Assembly (NCBI RefSeq): GCF_006345805.1
Contig: NC_043002.1
Location: 86,862,001 to 86,926,000 of the forward strand
Origin: Octopus sinensis
Taxonomy: Eukaryota
DNA: 64,000 nt
Reading direction: 5' to 3'
Translations under genes and position numbers: made by a program
The notes under the pieces: model-generated
Seen by the model: the letters and a program-made list of their open reading frames with translations, nothing else
Database searches by the model: none
What the model was told of the DNA's origin: nothing
Shown: piece after piece, positions 52,204-63,797 of the stretch
Layout: each line of letters starts with the position of its first letter
Numbering within the stretch: the stretch's first letter is position 1

Positions 52204-52685
52204 ATCATCATCATCATCATCGTTTAACGTCCGCTTTCCATGCTAGCATGGGTTGGACGATTTTGACTGAAGGCTGGCAAACCAGATGGCTGCACCAAGT
52301 TCCAGTCTTGATCTGGCAGAGTTTCTACAGCTGGATGCCCTTCCTAACGCCAACCACTCCGAGTTTGTAGTGGGTGCTTTTTACATGCCACCAGCACGGG
52401 GGCCAGTCAGGTAGTACTGGCAACGGCCACGCTCGAATCCTTTTACACATGCCACCAGCACAGGTGCCAATAAGGTGACGTTGGTAACGATCACGCTCGA
52501 ATGATGCCCTTTTACGTGCCACGGCTATGGAAGCCAGTTGGCTGCTCTGGCAGCGATCACGCTCGGATGGTGCTCTTGGCACCCTACTAGCACAGGCATA
52601 AGTGCCAGTAAGGCGACGCTGGTAACGATCACGCTCGAATGGTGCCCTTTAAGTGCCACTGGCATGGAAGCTGGTTAGCCGCTCT
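52204..52685 (-). mobile_element. SINE family B
   Basis: Near-identical core to the 33658 copy, with several internal repeat units. Confidence 0.88.
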
Positions 52686-53164
52686 TTATCTTCTAATCCT
52701 GACAAAGATTTGTTTTGAAAATGTGTTTAAAATGTAAGTATTGTACCTGACTTAAATAATTTTCTTTATAAGTAAAATCACAGCCCCTCTTAATACCTAG
52801 TACTTTCCATAAGGTTCCAACATCCAAGTTAAGAAACCACAAATTCACCAGAAAATATTCTGTTGAAGAACAGAGAGAGGTGGGGGGGGAAGAGAGGGCG
52901 ACAGACAGAGTTCAGGTGGAAGCATATTGGGGATAAGAATAAGAAAGAGGAATAAAGATTTCCCTATTATTATTTCGTATGCAATTCGGCTCAAACATGT
53001 GAGATTAAGAAGGTTGCAGAGAAATAAACTTAAATGCGTTTATCTTAAATTTGAAAAGTTTATGAGAGTTATCTCCCATGAAATAGACTGGCTTTTTGAA
53101 AGTTTAGTGGGTAATCACGTTATTTCTGATGTGGTTTTTGCTCTTAGGTAAGTTAAATAGTAGA

Positions 53165-53240
53165 GTCACACTGCCTGGAATAGAACTCAAAATCTTGGGG
53201 TTAGTAGACTGCGCTCTTAACCACTATGCCATATGCCCGT
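53165..53240 (-). mobile_element. Family D tRNA-like head on an unrelated body
   Basis: ctgcctggaatagaactcaaaatcttggggttagtagactgcgctcttaaccactatgccatatgccc. Confidence 0.75.
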
Positions 53241-54073
53241 ATGTACTACTGAGGTCAAGTTTAGTATTCTGTGTTGTATTTCTGAAAAGTAAATTTTTTT
53301 CCCTCCCTCTCAATCTTTAATGTAAAGCATAATATAAAGATTTAAATCTATTTAAAGTTAAATATTCTATACCATTGATTTTCTTTTTCAATCATCAGTT
53401 GATGAACATTTTAATATCTTTATATCTAACTAGCACTATGACCCAGCAACGCCAGGTCATAGTGCTAGTGCATGCATATACAGCTGCGTGTGTGTGCACA
53501 TACACGCGAGTACTGTCCAAATCTTTGACCAATCACATACAGCTAGCTGGCATTCAATTAGTGTATCAAGTTTCAGGCATTTTGATTGGGTTTTGGATAG
53601 AAAATTCACAAAAAAGTCACTTCTATTGATTTTTTTATGGCTTTGCAGGGTGACTGGGGAAATGTAAAGATGTGCACAACCACCTTGGACGGTTTTTAAT
53701 GACCATAGAAAGTGCGAGCCCTCTAACTGAAAAATTGTGGATTTGTATAAAGGACGCACACACAGACATTTTGCCATTTATATATATATATAGATCAATA
53801 TCACTCACAGACAATTATATTTATATTGTCAATGAATTTAGATAAAAGACATAAAACCTAAGTTTACAGGATATGAGAAACTAAGTGAAATAATCTGAAC
53901 CACCATGCTGGAAATGTTCAGCAACACTGAAATATTTTTCACTGGGGAAATTCATTCAAACATTCAAAAAGGTAAGGCTGAAACCAACATCTGTAGAATT
54001 ATTTTACCATGTAGTCGGGTCTTATCTCTGATGGACATTAATGGTGACAATTTGTACAAAACATATAGGACCT

Positions 54074-54240
54074 GGTATGGATGTGTGGTTAAAGAGTTTG
54101 CATCACAGCCATAAGGCACCAGGTTCATTCCTACTCAACAGCACTTTGGGCAAGTGTCTTCTGCTTATAAACTTAGGTGAATCAATGTATTGTGAGTGGA
54201 ATTTGGTAGACCAAAATTGTGCAAAAATACCCATGGTGTA
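54074..54240 (+). mobile_element. SINE family A, degenerate head
   Basis: tgtgtggttaaag...aggttcattcc...gggcaagtgtcttct...gtgagtggaatttggtaga. Confidence 0.7.
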
Positions 54241-54430
54241 TACATGAGGATACGTTTCTGTATGAAAAGTGTAAATATCACTGATAAAATCCATATTCCA
54301 GTTCTTTTGAATGTAGTCCCTCATGCTATTTGTTTTGCTCAAGTTGAACTGAAAATCCTTTGTTACCATTGCCATTGTAAATACATTGAATCAGTGGCAG
54401 GAAGCCAATAATCAATGTTGCTATTGTTCA

Positions 54431-54495
54431 CAAAATGTGAACATATAAACAAAATGTGAACATATAAACAAAATGTGAACATATAAACATGTGAA
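54431..54495. repeat. 19-bp tandem repeat x3+
   Basis: (CAAAATGTGAACATATAAA)3 plus a partial unit. Confidence 0.95.
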
Positions 54496-54528
54496 TACTT
54501 GATGTATAAAAATAAGACAAGTACAAAC

Positions 54529-54780
54529 CTTTTAAGTTGAGTTGCTCAGGTGACTGTACAAAACTGTCCAATGAAACATCTGACGCAGTATTTTTGTCAT
54601 TACTGTCTAATGAATCATTCACCGGATCAAGAGGGATACCATTCTCCACTAGAAATTCATCAAGATCCATGTACTCCAGTTTGAAATCAGCACCACTGGA
54701 TTTCTCCCAAAGGTTTGGTCCCAGAAATGCCGACAAGTTATTTTGTTCATCATCACTGTATTTAGAACTTTCTTCTTTTA
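54529..54780 (-). CDS. HLF: PAR-bZIP factor exon A (transactivation region)
   Basis: ttattttcag|TA AAA GAA ... [49 protein letters not shown]...QLNLK(G); FLGPxLW and [16 protein letters not shown] are PAR-family motifs; donor G|gtttgt; 252 nt, phase 1->1. HLF, TEF, DBP and Pdp1 not distinguishable. Confidence 0.95.
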
Positions 54781-55289
54781 CTGAAAATAAATCAAAAGAA
54801 TGAATAAATAAATCATAACAAATTGATAAAGAATTTGAGATCAGAGAAAAAATAAGCAGAAATAAGTATCTTCTAACAATTAACCATCAAATGATAACGT
54901 TGAATGACTGTAACTAATTTTTGTAATCAAAGAAAATCTGCTCAGTACACATACAAGAATAAACTGGTGGCACTATGGTGAAGATTTATATCATGGAGCT
55001 CAAGATCTGACAGTGGCACAGATTGCAAAAGGTGAAAGCAGATCTTATTTCAAAAAGTTGGTTTCTATTTTGTTAGTTCAACATCTATTTTCCATGTTAG
55101 CATGGATTAGACAATGAGGTTTTTGGGGCAGGATTTTTATAGCTGGATAATCTTCCTGTCACTAACAACTAGCTGAAAGTTGACAGGAAATGTTAATAAA
55201 CATTACTGGTAGCAACCCATCTAAAAATAGTGATGTCACTGTTTGTAGTTGCAGCTCAGTAAAGATTGTAAATACTCAATACACACATG

Positions 55290-55500
55290 ATAGGCTTCTT
55301 TCAGTTTCTTTCAAACGAATTCTTTTACAAGGTATTGGATGGCCCAGGGCTATAGAAGACACTTGGAAACATTCACACATACAGAGCTTCTTTCTCTTTC
55401 TATCAAATTTCCTCACAAAATACTGAATGATCCAGGTCTATAGCAGAAGAGACCCATGGTTAAGAAACAAACTTCTCAACTACACAACCACTCCTGTGTC
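55290..55500 (-). mobile_element. SINE family A, degenerate
   Basis: ggcttctttcagtttc...gctatagaagacacttgg...caaccactcctgtg. Confidence 0.6.
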
Positions 55501-58500
55501 TCAGAACCAATTTTAATTATGGCTTTAATTAAAAACTAATAACAACTGGACAATTGAACACTAATCACATCTCAACATACATCATTTTTGTCTTGATTAG
55601 CACAAGATCAGAAATTATATAATGCTTAAATATTTCAAGGAACCATAAACGTTATAGTAGATTTTGTACCTGAAGCTTTTTTTTTCTTAACTATTAATTT
55701 CTCTTGATTAGATAGAAGGCCAAGATTTTAAGGAGAGAGGATAAAGTTGATTGAATAAATTCATGTATGTCACAAAATCGATCAATGTAACAAAATCAAT
55801 CAGTGAGTTTTGACTGAAGCCACCAAAGGATGAACCTAAATACTCTAAGATATTAAGTTTAATACTCTGGTATGTTAACTGAGACTAGAGAAGGATGAAC
55901 TTAATTTAAATACTGTTAAATAATACAGCTTGATGCCCTACTATTCATACTGGCAAATAAATGTACACAGTCAGGTAATTTTAGTAAAGTTCAGTCACTT
56001 TGTCTAAATCAAAAATTAAATTTTCTATTGGAATACAGAAAACCTGAAAAACAATCAATTTAAATTGGACATTAATAAAAGATTTTGAAAAGTACTGAGT
56101 TTGGTAATAAAACTTGTAAGAATTAAATACAGAAAAATTATATTGAACTCAAATATCTATTTTATATATATATATATTTTTTTAATGCAGTTTAGAGTAG
56201 ATTATTGGAATGAAAAAAGGGAGGAGTCATCCCCATATTGTAAGGCCTGAAATCTCATAACAGTAAGACCTACTACAAGTACACAAAGAGCCAAATAATA
56301 AAGTGGGTCATGGAATAAGCCTGCATTCCTGTGAACTCTCAATAGTGACAGAATAAGGAACATGATTAAAGTCTCATGCTAAAAAGATCATGAATCCTGT
56401 AGCACTCTGCTATTAAGTATGTTTCACTACTCTCACTACTCACTCAATCACAGACAAAATGGTTCCAGAAATTTATACAAAGCTTGAAATAATATGAAAT
56501 CTTGTATTTTATCCACCCACTTTCACTTGAAGAAATGGTTAAAAGATAAAAGTACAAATCAACTGGCCCTGCTGCTTAACCTATGACTAGAACAATCCAC
56601 TGACTACCATTTTTATGCCAGAAAAAGCCAAATATTTTCAAGAATTTATATACATTTTTCATTGTCTGAGATTCTGATATTTCATTCAAAATTAAAAAAA
56701 AAAACTGCATTCTTACTATTTTGCTATCTCCTAGATCCAGTTTTCTTTATAGTAGAAGCATCAATAAGGTTTTGTCTACAAAGAGTCAATATTCTGTACA
56801 AACATCTTCTTAGTGCTATTATGTTACATATTACATAATTTTTTTTTTCAGGGAAGGAAGAGCAGTGCTTATGATTTTTAAAAGGTCCTCAGTTTCATGG
56901 GCGGAGAATAGGAAGTTATCCCTTAACTGGAGATCTGGCTCAAATGCTTACAACAGAGTGAACTCCACTAAAAGTATGCAAAGGCTAAGCAGTGAGTGAC
57001 AAATTATGTCTACCACCCCAAGGACACAATGCAAAGAGCCAGAAAGAATACCACAAGGCATTTTACCCATTCCTTTAACAATTTTATCAACCCAACAGCC
57101 TGGTTTTTTTACCTTAGTGATTCTAAGAGAAATGAAAGGCCAAGTTGATTTTTGTGGGATTCAAACTTAAAACCACAGACAGCTACTACATACATATCCC
57201 ATGCCACAAGGAATGGGGCATGCATCCCATTCTCTGCTGACTCTGCAGCCATGTTATTACCTGTATAGTGATTTAAATACTAACTCCCTGTGTACTGTGT
57301 TTTCTATTAACGTTTTTAAAGTATAACAGATCACACTCACACACTATCTTTTCCATTCTTTTCTAATTCTCCTTCTCATTTGTTATTTCTACTGTTTAAC
57401 CATTTTGATAGCAACCCACCTAAAACTGCCCCTGGATCTATGATACAAATTCCCTGTTTTAAAGTGACCTAAATTAAAAACTTCCATCAAACTGACAAGT
57501 TATAATAATGACAGGGTTTCTTTTTTAAATTCTTCACTTTTTTTTGTCCAAGTTGGCAAGGAGTGAATATGTAACAATTCAATTTTACCTTTAAGCATGC
57601 ACACCGACCCTATTTCCTCTGTTACTACATCTAGTCAAGGAGAATCAAGGAAGATAATAGATATATTTTCACATGTATAATCTGATTTTATTCTTTTATT
57701 TTATGTGGAAGCATGAATGCATACACATTATCAAAATTCAGGTGAACATATTAAAGTATTTGCAAATATTGAGAAGTTCACTTCTTGTCTTAATTAGTAT
57801 TTCAACCCCTCTCCAAATACAAATGCAGATTTAATTTTTCTCTCATTCAGGATTCAAATCAACTGGCATTTTACCATCTCAATGTCACCCACTCTCTTTC
57901 TCTCTCTCCTTCTCTGAAGCCATCACAACAATTCTAGTATTACTTCACCCATTCTAATAGAACTCTTACAATGGCCAACTTATGTTATATCCAAAGTAAC
58001 ATACACTACAATTACATCTTTAATTTCAATGTTTTGGGTTTGGTCACCTCAGTCACATTTTCTACATAGCCTCAGATTGACCAAAGCCTTGTGAAACCCC
58101 GTGGAAGCATGTTCTGTCCTTGTGTGGTAGATTTAATGCATTTCCTGGTTTAACACCATTATCCTGGATGTCTTTAGTGGAGTAAACTCTAAATGAAGCA
58201 TTATGAGCAGCTTTCTGGTCTGGGGATAATTTTCACCCCCAGATTCCCTTCAAATTGTCATGGCTGCAACCTTTCTCTCTCAGGCTAAGGCATGCATGCG
58301 TACACGCATGTGTGCATGTGTGAAAATCTGATTTAAGCATCAACTTCATATATCTAATGATAAGGACTAAAAGATGAAACTAATACCATTGGTGCACCAA
58401 TATACTTGAAACTATAATGGTTTGAACTAACTAAATAGGGCCTGCAAAGGTCAAAAGCATAACCCTTTACCCAGGCCAAGCCAAAACTAAAGAAATAAAG

Positions 58501-58737
58501 TTTTTACAGTAAATGCATAACTCAAAACATATTTTTCTCAGAAGGCAGCATTTATAACGGAAACCCGCTATCATCATCATCATCATCAATATCATAACAA
58601 TCATATTTTACGTCCACTTTTCCATGTTGACTTTTTCAGTGTGCCACTTGTGATGGTCTTTTCATCTTCTTTATAAGGTCCAGCATTGTGTAACATTTTT
58701 TCACTCATCAATCATTCTTCATACATCACATATTTAA

Positions 58738-59375
58738 CCCTTTCGTTACTGTATTTATTTTGAGATGCTCTGTGTTTCTTTCAATTACTTTATATATAAC
58801 AAGCATGCTTTATATATAGGCGCAGGAGTGGCTGTGTGGTAAGTAGCTTGTTTACAAACCACATGGTTCCGGGTTCAGTCCCACTGTGTGGCATCTTGGG
58901 CAAGTGTCTTCTACTATAGCCTCGGGCCGACCAAAGCCTTGTGAGTGGATTTGGTAGACGGAAACTGAAAGAAGCCTGTCGTATATATGTATATATATAT
59001 ATGTATGTGTGTCTGTGTTTGTCCCCCAAGCATTGCTTGACAACCGATGCTGGCGTGTTTACGTCCCCTTCACTTAGCCGTTCGGCAAAAGAGACCGATA
59101 GAATAAGTACTGGGCTTACAAAGAATAAGTCCTGGGGTTGATTTGCTCGACTAAAGGCAGTGCTCCAGCATGGCCGCAATCAAATGACTGAAATAAGTAA
59201 AAGAGTAAAAGAGAGAGTAAAGAATTTAGTAAAATAACTTAGTTATCATTAAGCTAATGTTAGGAACATAAATTGTGACTAAGGTTTGATGGAAGATTTT
59301 AATTCAACACTTATGAAAACAAGACAATTGTACTCAGAACCAGAGCTGGTTTCAGCCGGGTTGGTAACAAAAGGG
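58738..59375. mobile_element. piggyBac-like MITE split by a family A SINE
   Basis: TTAA|CCCTTTCGTTAC...tataacaa [SINE] agaatttagt...AAAAGGG|TTAA; halves reconstitute the 32765 and 63458 sequence. Confidence 0.88.
58818..59220 (+). mobile_element. SINE family A, full length, nested in a MITE
   Basis: AGGCGCAGGAGTGGCTGTGTGGTAAG head to (AAAGAGT)n tail; flanked by the two halves of the 58738-59375 MITE. Confidence 0.92.
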
Positions 59376-60164
59376 TTAAAACAGTGTAGTGAGTCACACA
59401 AAGGGAGAAAAACCAACCAGTCTTCAGAGAAGAATAAGATTACAAAAAAACAAAAAAAGTTTTCAAAACGTTTACAGCTGGACATAAAAATCATACACAC
59501 TTCTCTTCAAACAAAAAATAAAGTATCAACACAATGTTAAATGTTTTCATTACTAAGACCAAATAACAGTCTTATATTACTAACATCATTATTTTAATTA
59601 TCATTATCAATGTTTTCTGAGGCTCAAGTCCCCAGTACTTGATTAGTACTTTATTTTGTGACCCCTGGAAGGATGAAAAACAAAAGAACACATTGGTGGG
59701 ATTTGAACTCAGATACTAAAGCAATGAGATTAAATACAGCAAAATATTCTGTTGACTACTCTACAAACTGTCACCACTATACTTATGCTTAGTGGTCATT
59801 AACCTGCAGCTAATCCAAAATAAATATACCTGGCAGTCAATCACCTTAGTTAATCCCAAATAGTCGAAACTCTCATGTATTAAGTGACTTCATCCTGTCC
59901 ACAAACTAACAAAGAAACTTATATGTGGTCGTCTGACCTGCTAAAAAGAGCTGCAAAATTCACACAAATCACAATCTACTATTTTCACAACAGAAGGACG
60001 CATTAGACAATGTAGTCTTTGATGCAGAAGAATGTGCAAAAGTCACTTTCCAATTATTAAAAAGAAAATATTCTATTCGCTCATGCATACTGCATGAAAT
60101 TTAATAAAAAAACATCAAAGCCAAAACAATTAGGAGAAAGCATCATGATACTAGAGTGTAAGTG

Positions 60165-60166
<2 letters not shown>

Positions 60167-60214
<48 letters not shown>
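60167..60214. repeat. (TA)n microsatellite
   Basis: Pure TA run immediately left of the fold-back region. Confidence 0.95.
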
Positions 60215-60220
<6 letters not shown>

Positions 60221-60308
60221 TTATTAATATTTGAGGGAATAAAATCCAAAACTTACAAGGAAAACAAATTCAATTTAGAAATACTAAATTAAATTTCACA
60301 CAATAGAA

Positions 60309-60592
60309 TATATATATAAAAAATTAAGAAAAAAAACACCTTTTATCAATTCAAAATGAACAATTAAATTACACCATCCAGAAAATTACATATAATAGAA
60401 ATATTAACATTAATTGTTATTCTACAATTTATATAAGTTATTATTATTTTTTTTTTTTGCAATTTACTTAATCTTTGACATTTTGTTATTTTAATGTTAA
60501 TATTTCTATTATATGTAATTTTCTGGATGATGTAATTTAATTGTTCATTTTGAATTAATAAAAGGTGTTTTTTTTCTAATTTTATATATATA
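60309..60592. repeat. Fold-back: ~105-bp arms, 77-bp spacer
   Basis: 60309-60413 is the reverse complement of 60491-60592; the ~77-bp inner core has 2 mismatches. Confidence 0.93.
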
Positions 60593-61230
60593 TGGTATCT
60601 ATTAACAGAAAATCCACTTCAACAAATTCTTTCCAACCTGTATGGTGAAATTATCATTAAAACAATGAAATGGTTTATATGTAAGTATATACATATGAGT
60701 GAGTGTGTATCATCATCATCATCATCATTTGGCATTCCATATTGGCATGGGTTTGACACACACACATTCATGTTAATGAGATTTAGGTACCAAAAATGGG
60801 TGTTGGGTTGCTTTATATTAGAGATTGCACTGTACTCAAGTAAATATGTTAGATGGCTTTTAATTATAATTTATTTTACTTTGTGTTGGTAAGAAGCATT
60901 TAATGAAAATCTGAGATATTTTTTTTCACTATTAATCATGGAGAAGTACACAACCAAATAAAGGATAAGAATTGTATTTTATTTATTTATTTATTTAGAG
61001 AGAGAGAAATCCCAATACAAAATGATTTTTGCTCAACTCTGTACAAAATGACAAGTGGTTTACAACTGGAATTCTTTGCATTGAAGACTTATTCAATCGT
61101 GGCTGAGCTGAGACTAAACAATAATTTTGCTTACATTTGCTATTTCAGCCTGCTTCAATTATTCAAGAGTATATGAAATACAAAAAATATATGTAATATA
61201 TCCTGATTGATACCATGAACCCCAAATAGC

Positions 61231-61458
61231 TAAATACTGTATGAGAAAGGGTACAGCATTGACTACAATACACTTGTGTGTAAACCCTCCGTCCCATGAC
61301 TAAACACTGCATGATAACAAGTACAACAAGGCCCTCAAATGGACTTAAGGTACCCACCAGGATAAACACTGCATATATAAAGAGTACAGCATGACCCCTG
61401 TCACTCAACAAGTTATGTAACCCACATGGCTAAATAATGCATGATAATGAGTACAGCA
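61231..61458. repeat. Degenerate ~67-bp minisatellite, 4 conserved blocks
   Basis: TAAA(C/T)ACTGCATGATAA..GTACAGCA-like blocks at 61231, 61301, 61363, 61431. Confidence 0.7.
61412..61421. promoter_or_regulatory. D-box / PAR-bZIP site GTTATGTAAC
   Basis: Exact match to RTTAYGTAAY; further exact matches (ATTACATAAT) at 52020, 56830, 62749 and 32572. Confidence 0.35.
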
Positions 61459-61659
61459 AGATCCCACAGTTGACTGCAATTTGAAATACCAAAAGTGAAG
61501 GGCTCTATTCATTTTTTCTTTAATTCCTTCACTGTTTAAATCATTGAACCGTAGCCAACCTGGAGGATCATCTTCAAAGACTTCAGTCAAGCATTAGTCA
61601 ACCATATCAACTACAGTACTTATTTCAGTCTGGTATTCATTTTATTAATCTCTATTTAC

Positions 61660-62060
61660 CAAATGCTCGTCACTTCTGCTCTTATCACCCCTCTTCCCCT
61701 CTCTATCTTTCCGATGCCTTCTTCACTGACCAGCCACTTTTTTTTATTCTCTCTGTTTCTCCAATATCTCTCTTCCCATCCCTGACTCTCCAATACCACT
61801 CTTAGTCGCTCTATCTCTCCAATATCCTTACTGCCTACTTTCCTAGTATCTCTCTCTTCTCTCACCAACATCCTTATCCTCTCCTGTGACCAGTTTGCTT
61901 TCTCTCTCTGTTTCTCTAATACTCTTCTCTGACCAGCCTTTTTACTCTCTCTTTCTCTAGTATCTCTCTTCTCTGACCAATATTCTTACCCTCTCAGCTT
62001 CTCTAACTCCCCACTTCTCTGATTACTCCCCCACCCTTTCACACTCTCTCCAGCATCACG
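61660..62060. repeat. ~400-bp polypyrimidine/polypurine degenerate repeat tract
   Basis: Recurrent tctctcttctctgacca / ttctctagtatc units. Confidence 0.75.
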
Positions 62061-63092
62061 CTTATGTTATTTTGATATTGGAGAGAGAATGTCAGAGTAT
62101 TTGTTGAGAAATGTAGACACACAAACAGGTTAATCAGCTGTTTATCACAAAATTGCTAGCAATCTTGATCAACAAACTAGTTCTTTTTTTAATTCCTTAC
62201 TGATCAACTGATGTATTTGACATACATTACCTCACATGGCACTATAATACTTAAAAAAAAAAAAACCCAACATCCTCACGTGTGCACACACAATATAAAT
62301 AGCCATAAAATCTTGTAATAAAAGATTAACCATGAGATTAACTGTTTAGAAGTGATAGAGCACCTTATTAGCAATGATGACCTTTGGATAGACATATACA
62401 TAAAAATTCTGCATCCAGCAGCATCACCATCATCATCAATGTTGTAGGAGGTTAATAATAACATAATCTTTTTTAAATCACAAACAGTGCTTATCTATGG
62501 TTTCTGGTGTAGGAAATGGACACGAGATGAATCTGGTGAAGTTTCTTCTCTGAAAGGAATTGAACCGCAGTTCTGCAAGTCAATAAAAAACTCATATAAT
62601 ATCATATTGTTAATGCTGCTTACAGCAATGGCCATCTCAAAGAAGGAAAGGCACACTAAATAATGATGTTGTTAAAGATATATATATATATATCAATGAC
62701 AAATATATATATACATATCAATGACAACTGAATGACAAAGGAACAGGAATTACATAATCAACTTCATTGTTTTACAGCTGTTTTTGCAATAAGAAGCAAT
62801 GTACTCAGAGCTGAGTGCTTGTGTATCATCTTATAGCTTCCTCAGAGCCTTTAAATATATATGATTTATTTAATGACAGTTTGATTTGGTTCCTTACAAC
62901 TTACGTTTTCTAGGCTTATCCATTGAATCTAAGTCATCAGGTCCAGAGCTAGGTGTTATGAGTTAGGTTTGATGTACAAGCCTACAAAACTTAAAGCTGC
63001 ATGGAGTTAAATCAAACTGTTATTCAATAAAAAATCATATAACTCCTACCAAGTGTGTTGAATGTCATTTTCTTTTACTTTTCCACTCACCC

Positions 63093-63135
<43 letters not shown>

Positions 63136-63190
63136 GTAGTAGTAACAGAAAAGAGGAATTTCGATTATCCCCATGTGGTGAGTTGTAATG

Positions 63191-63797
63191 TATATAAGAA
63201 ATTAAAAAAGGAAAATATGCACACTTACATAGTTTTAATATAATTTTTAATATATCGACCGGTTTCGCTATCGCTATTCATGATATTATGTTTTACTTAT
63301 TTGAATATATATTTTTTCTTAAGAAGAAATTTTGTCCATGTTGTGTGTGATGAAATTCACGAGTGAATGACTTCACAAGTAGATAAATAAAGGGAGGTAA
63401 TTGGTTGTCATTATTATTGTTAACATCACACACAACATGGACAAAATTTCTTCTTAACCCTTTCAATACCAACCTGGCTGAAACCGCCTCTGGTTCTGTA
63501 GTACAAACATCTTGTTTTCAAAAGTTCTGAATTAAAATCTTCCACCAACCTTTGGCACAATTTATGTTCCTAACACTAGCTGAATGCTAATTAAGTTATT
63601 TTACTAAATTATTTGTTATATTTAAAGTAATTGAAAGAAATACAGAGCATCTCAAAATAAATACAGTAACGAAAGGGTTAAGAAAAAATATATATTCAAG
63701 TAAGTAAAACATAATATCATGAATAGTGATAGCGAAACCGGTCGATATATTAAAACTATGTAAGTGAGTGTATTTTTCTTTTTTAATTTCTTATATA
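63191..63797. repeat. Fold-back: ~160-bp arms, 71-bp spacer, right arm interrupted by a MITE
   Basis: 63191-63352 pairs with 63424-63457 plus 63678-63797. Confidence 0.93.
63458..63677. mobile_element. piggyBac-like MITE inserted in a palindrome arm
   Basis: TTAA (63454-57)|CCCTTTCAATACC ... GTAACGAAAGGG|TTAA (63678-81). Confidence 0.9.

Noticed and set aside
61231-61458. CRISPR array
   Set aside because: Eukaryotic context, degenerate repeats, residual similarity between spacers, no cas genes
61405-61620. First coding exon of the PAR-bZIP (…EDDPP G|gttggc, phase 1)
   Set aside because: In-frame TAA immediately upstream, no ATG, no PAR N-terminal motif
62400-62600. Upstream PAR-bZIP exon after the acceptor ttttttattgacttgcag (- strand)
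   Set aside because: All frames close and no convincing donor; could be non-coding but unsupported
62900-62945. Hammerhead on - strand
   Set aside because: Stem II is offset from GAAA by 4 nt, and stems I/III are absent
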